DNA of 64,000 nt, taken from the NCBI GenBank assembly GCA_018658715.1, contig JABHUQ010000034.1, positions 22,230-86,229 on the forward strand. The letters are read 5' to 3'. The position numbers were made by a program, and so were the translations under genes. Shown here one piece after another: positions 1 through 7,669 of this stretch. Under the pieces are notes generated by a model. That model ran no database searches and had not been told where the DNA came from. It saw only the letters and a program-made list of their open reading frames with translations. This DNA is from Fidelibacterota bacterium (GTDB taxonomy: Bacteria > Fidelibacterota > Marinisomatia > Marinisomatales > UBA1611). Each line of letters opens with the position of its first letter. Position 1 is the first letter of the stretch.

Positions 1-49
1 CAATAAACAACATATTATTTCAGTTATATAACGATTTCTTTATTATATC

Positions 50-122
50 CGACCTATTTAGTCCTAATTAAAAAATAGGTTCATAATTTATTTAATTGTA
101 ATATTTAGGACTAAATAGGTCG
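50..122. promoter_or_regulatory. Perfect 18-bp inverted repeat (arms 50-67 and 105-122, 37-nt spacer) ending 5 nt before the Rrf2 start codon. Candidate Rrf2/suf operator or 5' leader hairpin.
   Basis: Read directly: CGACCTATTTAGTCCTAA and TTAGGACTAAATAGGTCG are exact reverse complements. A partial third half-site AAATAGGT lies at 73-80. Rrf2-family regulators commonly autoregulate through palindromic operators. Confidence 0.5.
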
Positions 123-127
123 TATTT

Positions 128-532
128 ATGTTAAAGATTACACGAAAAGTTGAATATGCTCTCATTGCGCTTAGCCAAATGCAATTAAAGGGGAATAAAT
201 CCTTAACATCGGTTAAAGAAATTTCACAACAGAATGGTATCCCATATGAACTATTGGCAAAAACAATGCAATTATTGGCGCGAGCAGAAATTGTTGAGGC
301 TGTAAAAGGACCTCATGGCGGATATCGTTTAAAAAAAGATCCATCCATAATAAAAATGACTACCTTTTTTGAAATCATTGAAGGTCCTATGGGATTTATG
401 GATTGTTCTTTTGATACAGACTGCGACCAAATACAATCTTGTGCGATTCGTACACCTATACAGCGCATAAATGATTCAATCCGAAACATGTTTAATAATA
501 TTTCATTACAAGATATTACGATGTTATCATGA
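128..532 (+). CDS. Rrf2-family transcriptional regulator (IscR/SufR-like)
   Basis: N-terminus MLKITRKVEYALIALSQM is typical of the Rrf2 wHTH. It has a C-terminal Cys cluster (CSFDTDCDQIQSC), is the first gene of the suf operon, and shares an ATGA overlap with the next gene. Confidence 0.85.
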   Translation: MLKITRKVEYALIALSQMQLKGNKSLTSVKEISQQNGIPYELLAKTMQLLARAEIVEAVKGPHGGYRLKKDPSIIKMTTFFEIIEGPMGFMDCSFDTDCDQIQSCAIRTPIQRINDSIRNMFNNISLQDITMLS

Positions 533-894
533 GTGACACATTAAAACTAAAAATTATAGATGTATTAAAACAATGCTACGACCCTGAAATTCCAGTTGAT
601 CTATGGAATCTAGGTCTAATATATAGTATTGATATTATTGATGGGGATGAAAATAAATCAAATATTTCCATTACTATGAGTCTCACAACCCCCGGGTGCA
701 GTATGGGGCATCATATGTCTCAAGATATTGAAACAAAAGTAGGCGCCATGGAAGAGACAGGAGATGTGAATGTAGATGTCACTTTTGACCCCCCTTGGCA
801 ACCTGAAATGATGACAGATGAAGCGCGAACTAAATTAGGTTTTCCTCCAACTCAAGCAAGCCCAAAACCTAAAGAAAGTGAAATGTGGGAATAA
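529..894 (+). CDS. SUF-associated DUF59/MIP18-family Fe-S assembly protein (short form)
   Basis: Motifs CYDPEIPVDLWNLGLIY and LTTPGCSMG are characteristic of DUF59. It lies inside the suf operon. Confidence 0.8.
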   Translation: MSDTLKLKIIDVLKQCYDPEIPVDLWNLGLIYSIDIIDGDENKSNISITMSLTTPGCSMGHHMSQDIETKVGAMEETGDVNVDVTFDPPWQPEMMTDEARTKLGFPPTQASPKPKESEMWE

Positions 895-1253
895 TACAAA
901 TGAACGATGAAACGCCATTAATTGACGGTTCAATTACCGTAACTAAAAAAGCTTCTGATCGCCTAAAAGGCGTCATGTCTTCTGAAGGAAAGGATGGATT
1001 TGCTCTTCGCATGGGCGTGGAAGGTGGTGGATGTTCTGGTATGACTTACAAAATGTCATTTGATGATAAACAAGGGGAATTTGACAAAGTTTTTGAAAGT
1101 AATGGCTTAAAAGTCTATTGTGATTTAAAGAGTTGGCTTTATGTTAAAGATATTACTGTAGATTTTTCTGATGATATGCTTAATGGTGGTTTTAAAATTT
1201 CAAATCCAAATGCAGAACGAACCTGTGGATGTGGAACTAGTTTTTCTGTTTAA
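885..1253 (+). CDS. sufA: A-type Fe-S cluster carrier (HesB/IscA/SufA family)
   Basis: GGGCSGMTY and the C-terminal CGCGTSF motifs. The alternative start at ATG 900 avoids overlap with the upstream stop at 892-894. Confidence 0.82.
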   Translation: MGIIQMNDETPLIDGSITVTKKASDRLKGVMSSEGKDGFALRMGVEGGGCSGMTYKMSFDDKQGEFDKVFESNGLKVYCDLKSWLYVKDITVDFSDDMLNGGFKISNPNAERTCGCGTSFSV

Positions 1254-1274
1254 TAATTATTTATAACTCTTCGT

Positions 1275-2711
1275 ATGACAGATATCATTGAAAAAACAAT
1301 TGAGCAAGATTACAAATATGGTTTTGTAACCAATATTGAGCAAGAAACACTTCCTCCGGGCTTAAGTAAAGATGTAATCCGTACTATTTCTAAACGAAAA
1401 AACGAACCTAAATGGCTATTAGATTGGCGAATTAAAGCATATAATCATTGGCTTAATATGGAAGAGCCTGACTGGGCAAAAGTGGAATATGAGTCTATCA
1501 ATTATCAAAAAATCAGTTATTTTTCTGCTCCAAAAAAGAAAGAACTCAAAAGCCTGGACGAAGTAGACCCAGAATTATTACGTACCTATGATAAATTGGG
1601 TATTCCCCTAGAAGAACAAAAATTGTTAGCCGGTGTAGCTGTGGATGCTGTATTTGATAGTGTATCCATTGCTACAACGTTCAAAGATGAATTAGAAAAA
1701 TATGGTGTCATTTTCATGCCATTTTCAAAAGCAGTCCATAAATATCCAGAATTAATTAAAACATATTTGGGATCTGTTGTACCGTATACTGATAATTATT
1801 TTGCTGCTTTGAATTCTGCTGTATTCAGCGATGGTTCTTTTGTATATATTCCAAAAGGTGTCCGTTGTCCTATGGAATTATCCACCTATTTTAGGATTAA
1901 TGCCCAAAACACAGGACAGTTTGAAAGAACGCTTATTGTTGCTGACAATGATAGTAATGTGAGCTATTTAGAAGGATGTACAGCGCCGCAACGTGATGAA
2001 AATCAACTTCATGCTGCTGTGGTTGAATTGGTCGCTCATAAAAATGCAACCATTAAATATTCCACTGTTCAAAATTGGTATCCAGGAGACCCAAAAACGG
2101 GAAAAGGTGGGATTTATAATTTTGTAACTAAACGTGGTATTTGTAAAGGTGATCATTCTAAAATATCTTGGACACAAGTTGAAACAGGTAGCGCAGTCAC
2201 ATGGAAATACCCTAGTTGTATTTTAAAAGGGAATCATTCTATTGGTGAATTTTATTCAGTTGCTATGGCCAATCATCACCAACAGGCGGATACAGGGACC
2301 AAAATGGTCCATATAGGCACCAATACAAAGAGCACTATTATTTCAAAAGGGATTTCAGCAGGTAAAGGACAAAATACTTATCGCGGTGAAGTAAAAATGA
2401 TGAAAGGTGCTGAAAATGCTCGAAATTTTTCTCAATGTGATTCTATCCTTATTGGTGATGAATGTGGGGCACATACGTTTCCCTATATTGATGTGAGAAA
2501 TCCTACAGCACAAATGGAACATGAAGCAACTACATCTAATATAGGTGAAGACCAACTTTTCTACTGCAATCAAAGGGGCATTTCAACGGAAGATGCTGTT
2601 TCTATGATCGTAAATGGATTTTGCAAAGATGTTTTCGCAGAGTTGCCCATGGAATTTGCAATGGAAGCACAAAAATTAATGGAAATAAGCTTAGAAGGAA
2701 GTGTTGGATAA
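1275..2711 (+). CDS. sufB: Fe-S cluster assembly scaffold SufB
   Basis: 478 aa with typical SufB length and sequence ([24 protein letters not shown]...YRG), followed directly by sufC and sufD. Confidence 0.95.
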   Translation: MTDIIEKTIEQDYKYGFVTNIEQETLPPGLSKDVIRTISKRKNEPKWLLDWRIKAYNHWLNMEEPDWAKVEYESINYQKISYFSAPKKKELKSLDEVDPELLRTYDKLGIPLEEQKLLAGVAVDAVFDSVSIATTFKDELEKYGVIFMPFSKAVHKYPELIKTYLGSVVPYTDNYFAALNSAVFSDGSFVYIPKGVRCPMELSTYFRINAQNTGQFERTLIVADNDSNVSYLEGCTAPQRDENQLHAAVVELVAHKNATIKYSTVQNWYPGDPKTGKGGIYNFVTKRGICKGDHSKISWTQVETGSAVTWKYPSCILKGNHSIGEFYSVAMANHHQQADTGTKMVHIGTNTKSTIISKGISAGKGQNTYRGEVKMMKGAENARNFSQCDSILIGDECGAHTFPYIDVRNPTAQMEHEATTSNIGEDQLFYCNQRGISTEDAVSMIVNGFCKDVFAELPMEFAMEAQKLMEISLEGSVG

Positions 2712-2714
2712 ACC

Positions 2715-3455
2715 ATGCTAAATATAAAAAGTCTAAAAGCCAGTATTGATGGCAAACCTATTTTAAAAGGAATTAACCTAAATATTAAACCGGGTGAAAT
2801 GCATGCTATCATGGGTTTAAATGGATCAGGTAAAAGTACATTAGCCAACATTATTACAGGAAGAGATTGTTATGATGTATCTGATGGAGATGTTATTTAT
2901 AAGGGAGATTCTCTTTTAGAAAAAAGCCCCGAGACACGAGCTTTAGAAGGTATTTTTATGTCTTTCCAATATCCTGTTGTAATTCCTGGTGTTAATTTAA
3001 CTTACTTTTTAAAAGCCGCATTAAATGCACATCGCAAACATCGAGGTGAAGAAGAGTTAGATGCAATGCGCTTTTTAAAATTTATTCGGGAAAAAATTAA
3101 GCAAGTTGAAATTGATGAAAAATATTTAAAACGAGCTGTAAATGAAGGTTTTTCTGGTGGAGAAAAAAAGCGAAATGAAATCCTTCAAATGATTACACTT
3201 GAACCTTCTCTATCTATATTGGATGAAACAGATTCTGGCTTGGATATTGATGCATTAAAAATTGTCGCCAATGGAGTGAATCAATATCGCAACAAGGATA
3301 ACTCTTTTCTTGTTATTACTCATTATCAACGTCTTTTAAATTATTTAAAACCTGATTTTGTTCATGTACTTATCGATGGAGTAATTGTAAAGTCTGGTGA
3401 TATGACATTAGCGCACAAACTAGAAGAAAAAGGCTATGGTTGGCTAGAGTCATGA
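2715..3455 (+). CDS. sufC: Fe-S cluster assembly ATPase SufC
   Basis: Walker A GLNGSGKST, ABC signature FSGGEKKRNEILQ, Walker B ILDETDSGLD. 246 aa. Confidence 0.95.
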   Translation: MLNIKSLKASIDGKPILKGINLNIKPGEMHAIMGLNGSGKSTLANIITGRDCYDVSDGDVIYKGDSLLEKSPETRALEGIFMSFQYPVVIPGVNLTYFLKAALNAHRKHRGEEELDAMRFLKFIREKIKQVEIDEKYLKRAVNEGFSGGEKKRNEILQMITLEPSLSILDETDSGLDIDALKIVANGVNQYRNKDNSFLVITHYQRLLNYLKPDFVHVLIDGVIVKSGDMTLAHKLEEKGYGWLES

Positions 3456-4714
3456 GTCTTTCCCATTTCCAAGCCGAATTTGAAAAAATGATGAATAGAG
3501 ACTATTTTTCATCAAGCATTCATCCAATGCGAAATGAAGCATTTTCAAAGTTTAATGAGTGTGGATTCCCTACACAAAAATGGGAGGATTGGCAATTCAC
3601 AAACCTTACATCATTACAAAAAGATACTTTCCGTATATCCGAATTGAAGGATGGCCCAACACAAAAAATAGATTTATCTCCCTTTCACATAGATAATGTT
3701 GCCAATATTGTTATTTATAACGGACATTTTCAGAAAGATATATCACATTTTCCTTCTGGCATAAACCTAATGTCTGGTTTAGACTATTTAGAATCGAAAG
3801 AATGGAAATATAATAATACATATGATTCACCCTTCGATTTATTAAATACTGCATTTATGGATAGTGGTATGTCAGTTGTAATTGATGAAAATATGACTAT
3901 TAATACTCCTATTCATATGGTATTTATTTCAAATAGCAATGAACCATTAATGGTAAATCCCAGAGTCCATATAGATGTAGGGGATTCAAGTTCTGCAACA
4001 TTTATTGAGCATCATGTTGGCGTTTCTTCATCCTTTTTTGAAAATGGATCTATTTTTATTAATCTAGAACAAAATGCACAATTAAACCATATTCGCATTC
4101 AATCCAATTCAACAAAAACTATTAGTATGGCTAATATACAGGCGGAACAAAGTTTAGATAGTAAATATACCTTTTTTCAATATGCAGATGGAGGCCAATT
4201 AGGGCGATTAAATATGGTTACTCGTTTGAATGGTGAAGGAGCTGATTGTAACTTAAATGGATTAGCTCTCTCTAAAAACAACCAACATTTAGACCATCAT
4301 ATTATAACAGATCATCGTGTGCCCCATTGCACAAGTTCACAAAATTTTAAATCCATTTTACAAGATAAATCTACTGGTGTCTTTTGTGGAAGAACGATTG
4401 TAAGAGAGCAAGCACAAAAAACAGATTCTAAACAATCCAATAAAAATTTACTCTTATCTAAAAATGCCCTTATGAATTCAAACCCACAGTTGGAAATATA
4501 TGCAGACGATGTAAAATGTTCTCATGGGTCTACAACAGGCGAACTTGACCATGAAGCTCTTTTCTATTTACGTTCTCGTGGCATTGATATGATGGAAGCA
4601 AAAAATTTACTGACCCGTGGTTTTGCAAATGAAATCATGAACGCCATTCGACATAATTGCACTCGTTCATTTATTGATACTAAATTTAAACATTGGTTAG
4701 GGGACGAAGTATGA
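3452..4714 (+). CDS. sufD: Fe-S cluster assembly protein SufD
   Basis: The C-terminal half is SufB/D-like (LEIYADDVKCSHGSTTG, EALFYLRSRGI). I prefer start ATG 3452 because it forms an ATGA overlap with the sufC stop; the ORF opens at 3440. Confidence 0.9.
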   Translation: MSLSHFQAEFEKMMNRDYFSSSIHPMRNEAFSKFNECGFPTQKWEDWQFTNLTSLQKDTFRISELKDGPTQKIDLSPFHIDNVANIVIYNGHFQKDISHFPSGINLMSGLDYLESKEWKYNNTYDSPFDLLNTAFMDSGMSVVIDENMTINTPIHMVFISNSNEPLMVNPRVHIDVGDSSSATFIEHHVGVSSSFFENGSIFINLEQNAQLNHIRIQSNSTKTISMANIQAEQSLDSKYTFFQYADGGQLGRLNMVTRLNGEGADCNLNGLALSKNNQHLDHHIITDHRVPHCTSSQNFKSILQDKSTGVFCGRTIVREQAQKTDSKQSNKNLLLSKNALMNSNPQLEIYADDVKCSHGSTTGELDHEALFYLRSRGIDMMEAKNLLTRGFANEIMNAIRHNCTRSFIDTKFKHWLGDEV

Positions 4715-5130
4715 CAACACTTCCAATTGTTCATCTTCTTCAAGATATTCAAGATTTATTCCAATTTTTTGATGACCCAAAAGATAAGTATGCTCAACTC
4801 ATTGATTTTGGGAAAAAATCTCAAGGGCTTCCAGCTGAAGATTTAATAGAAAAAAATCGCATACATGGTTGTGCTTCAAATGCCTTTGTGAAAATAATTC
4901 AAAACGAAGATCAAACCTTTTTAATTCAAACAGATTCTGATGCACTAATTGTAAAAGGGCTATTAACATTATTAGAAAGAATTTTTCACAACCAACATAA
5001 ATCTGAAATTATGTCTATTAATGGAAGTGATTTATTAAACTCTATTGGTTTGGGGAATTCTATTAGTGGGCAACGTAGTAATGGCTTCACAAATGCAGTA
5101 GAAAAAATTCAAAGAGAAATAGCAAAATGA
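4711..5130 (+). CDS. sufE: Cysteine desulfuration (sulfur acceptor) protein SufE
   Basis: YAQLIDFGKK and the conserved-Cys motif IHGCASNAFV. Start ATG 4711 forms an ATGA overlap with the sufD stop; the ORF opens at 4693. Confidence 0.8.
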   Translation: MTTLPIVHLLQDIQDLFQFFDDPKDKYAQLIDFGKKSQGLPAEDLIEKNRIHGCASNAFVKIIQNEDQTFLIQTDSDALIVKGLLTLLERIFHNQHKSEIMSINGSDLLNSIGLGNSISGQRSNGFTNAVEKIQREIAK

Positions 5131-5669
5131 CACATCCAACAGATTCAATTAAACTTACACGAGATGTGGAAGCTCACCTTGTTCCTTCTGGTGAATCTAT
5201 TACTCTACTTAAAGGGGAACTCGTTAGAATCACCCAATCGCTTGGCGGAAATTATACCGTATTAATTAGTGGTAATATGGCTCAAATACGGGATGAAAAT
5301 GCAGATGCTATTGGCTTTAAGTCTCCAAAAGAAGATATATCAAAAAATAAAAATGAACCTTTTACTGAAGGAATGGTTTGGGACCAAATGAAAACATGTT
5401 ATGATCCTGAAATTCCAGTAAATGTAGTGGATCTTGGGCTTATTTATGGATGTGAAATTTCTGAAATGGATGAAGGGAAATTAGTGGCAATCCAAATGAC
5501 ATTAACAGCTCCCGGATGTGGGATGGGACATATCATAGCTGATGAAGTGAAACGAAAAGTGAATGGGATTCAAGGCGTAGATGATGTCAGTGTAGAGTTG
5601 GTTTGGGAACCACAATGGAATCGCGATATGATGACGGTAGAAGCTCGTCTCGAATTAGGATTATATTAA
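5127..5669 (+). CDS. sufT: Long-form SufT-type Fe-S assembly protein (N-terminal domain plus DUF59)
   Basis: The C-terminal half is CYDPEIPVNVVDLGLIY...LTAPGCGMG (DUF59). About 90 aa of N-terminal extension matches the ~175-aa SufT family. ATGA overlap with sufE. Confidence 0.75.
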   Translation: MTHPTDSIKLTRDVEAHLVPSGESITLLKGELVRITQSLGGNYTVLISGNMAQIRDENADAIGFKSPKEDISKNKNEPFTEGMVWDQMKTCYDPEIPVNVVDLGLIYGCEISEMDEGKLVAIQMTLTAPGCGMGHIIADEVKRKVNGIQGVDDVSVELVWEPQWNRDMMTVEARLELGLY

Positions 5670-5673
5670 TTCG

Positions 5674-6867
5674 ATGCCATCCTTTAAATCAGATTTCCCT
5701 GTTTTTTCTCATGACCCATCTTTAGTTTATCTAGATAGTGCTTCAACCACACAAAAACCAAAAATGGTCATAGATGCATTAAATACATTTTATGAAAAAC
5801 AGAATGCAAATGTTCATCGTGCTTTATATAATTTAGGAGAAGAAGCTACTAATGCTTATGAAAATGCACGCAAAATAGTTGCTCAATTCATCAATGCGCC
5901 ATCCGAAAATACTATTATTTTTACAAAAGGCACCACTGAATCAATCAATCTCGTAGCTTATGCATGGGGCAGGAAATATATTCAAACTGGCGATGAAATT
6001 CTCATTACAGAAATGGAACATCATAGCAACTTAATCCCTTGGCAATTATTAGCAAAAGAGACTGGCGCTAAGCTCAAATACATTCCAATGAAAACAGATG
6101 GACTATTAGACCTAAGCCATTTGGATCATTACTTTTCACCCAAAACAAAACTTTTTTCTATGGTGCATCAGTCCAACGTTTTGGGAACACTCAATCCGAC
6201 TGAAATGCTTATCCAAAAAGCAAAAGAAGTTGGAGCAGTTACAGTATTAGATGCAGCCCAAAGTGTACCACATAAGTCAGTTGATTTTCAAAAACTTGGT
6301 TGCGATTTTATGGCTTTTTCTGGGCATAAAATGTTTGGTCCAACAGGTGTAGGTGTTCTTGTTGGAAATATGAAAATACTTGACAAAATGAATCCATTTC
6401 TTGGTGGTGGAGAAATGATCAATAAAGTTACTTTAAAAGAATCAACGTGGAATAATGTCCCGTATAAATTTGAAGCAGGAACACCCAATATCGCCCAAGC
6501 AGTTGGTTTGGGAGTCGCCATTGATTATATGAATAGTATCGGAATGGATACGATTGAATCAATTGAATACGAACTCACTAAATATGCTTTGGAAAAGATG
6601 AAAAATATTGAGGGAATGATCATCTATGGCCCCAAAGATCGTGGGCCGGTAATTAGCTTTAATATAGCTGGGATCCACGCCCATGATTTAGCCACTTTTT
6701 TAAATCAAGATAATATTGCCATTCGAGTTGGCCACCATTGCGCTCAACCAATTATGGATATATTAGGCGTACCATCCACAGCTCGAGTAAGTTTTCATAT
6801 TTATAATTCTAAAAACGATATTGATATATTTTGTCAAGGTCTTGAAACAACAATTACATATTTTTAG
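5674..6867 (+). CDS. sufS: Cysteine desulfurase SufS (PLP-dependent, class II)
   Basis: SASTTQKP, MEHHSN, PLP lysine in FSGHKMFGPTG, catalytic loop RVGHHCAQP. Confidence 0.92.
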   Translation: MPSFKSDFPVFSHDPSLVYLDSASTTQKPKMVIDALNTFYEKQNANVHRALYNLGEEATNAYENARKIVAQFINAPSENTIIFTKGTTESINLVAYAWGRKYIQTGDEILITEMEHHSNLIPWQLLAKETGAKLKYIPMKTDGLLDLSHLDHYFSPKTKLFSMVHQSNVLGTLNPTEMLIQKAKEVGAVTVLDAAQSVPHKSVDFQKLGCDFMAFSGHKMFGPTGVGVLVGNMKILDKMNPFLGGGEMINKVTLKESTWNNVPYKFEAGTPNIAQAVGLGVAIDYMNSIGMDTIESIEYELTKYALEKMKNIEGMIIYGPKDRGPVISFNIAGIHAHDLATFLNQDNIAIRVGHHCAQPIMDILGVPSTARVSFHIYNSKNDIDIFCQGLETTITYF

Positions 6868-6931
6868 GTGCTGGGAAAATGTCATATTTCCATGAACTCA
6901 ATAGGACATTTTTCAATAATCGGACTAAACA

Positions 6932-7189
6932 ATGGCATTAGAGACAATACATTTAAATGATTTTCTAGATGGTGGCATCTTGAGAGAAAAATCGTTTCGG
7001 AAACAAGTGGCAGAATTAGACTGGTCACAGTATACCAATAAGAAAGTAATCATAAAAGGATGCGCTGATGTTCCTGTTCCAACATGGGCTTATTTAATTA
7101 TTACAGCTCATTTATCTCATTTTGCCAAAAAGATTTATTATGGCGAACCAAGATATGCGGTGGAAATCTTTTCTCAAAAAGAATCCTAA
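6932..7189 (+). CDS. DUF2480-like small protein (short form)
   Basis: ILREKSFR...DWSQY...VPTWAYLIITAHL..FAKK resembles my recollection of the DUF2480 core found downstream of suf genes in FCB bacteria. It is only 85 aa. Confidence 0.45.
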   Translation: MALETIHLNDFLDGGILREKSFRKQVAELDWSQYTNKKVIIKGCADVPVPTWAYLIITAHLSHFAKKIYYGEPRYAVEIFSQKES

Positions 7190-7218
7190 TTCATAATCTG
7201 CTTTCATAAATTCATCCC

Positions 7219-7650
7219 ATGGCAGATAAAAAGAACAGAGCAAGTTGGGAACAATATTTTATGAATATTGCTACCGAAGTGGCCACACGATCCACCTGCG
7301 ATCGTAAACATGTTGGGGCTGTAATTGTTCGGGAAAAAACAATTTTATCCACTGGGTATAATGGAAGTATAAAAGGCCTGCCTCACTGTGATGAAGTTGG
7401 TCACGAAATGGTTGATGATCACTGTGTACGGACCACTCACGCAGAAGCAAATGCTATTGTTCAAGCTGCAAAAAATGGTGTTAGTATTAATGGGTCAGAA
7501 ATATATGTAACAGCATCCCCCTGTTATAATTGTTTTAAACTCATTGCTAATTCTGGTATAAAGACAATTTATTTTGATGAGTTTTATCGAGATGAACGCA
7601 TCATAAACCACGCAAAAGAATCGGGTGTTGAATTAGTCGAGATTGACTAG
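7219..7650 (+). CDS. dCMP (deoxycytidylate) deaminase
   Basis: Zinc motifs HAEANAI and PCYNCFKLI. 143 aa. Confidence 0.85.
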   Translation: MADKKNRASWEQYFMNIATEVATRSTCDRKHVGAVIVREKTILSTGYNGSIKGLPHCDEVGHEMVDDHCVRTTHAEANAIVQAAKNGVSINGSEIYVTASPCYNCFKLIANSGIKTIYFDEFYRDERIINHAKESGVELVEID

Positions 7651-7669
7651 TACATCGGAAGTCATTTTG

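Noticed and set aside
1968-2851. Minus-strand ORFs of 69, 72 and 93 aa antisense to sufB/sufC
   Set aside because: They are fully nested opposite highly conserved suf coding sequence and have no motifs. These are typical shadow ORFs in AT-rich DNA.
6288-6521. 77-aa minus-strand ORF within sufS
   Set aside because: Shadow ORF antisense to a conserved PLP enzyme gene.
6932-7189. Possibility that the 85-aa DUF2480-like ORF is a pseudogene fragment
   Set aside because: I see no upstream in-frame remnant or obvious frameshift in 6868-6931. The ORF has its own ATG and intact core, so it is kept as a short CDS with low confidence.
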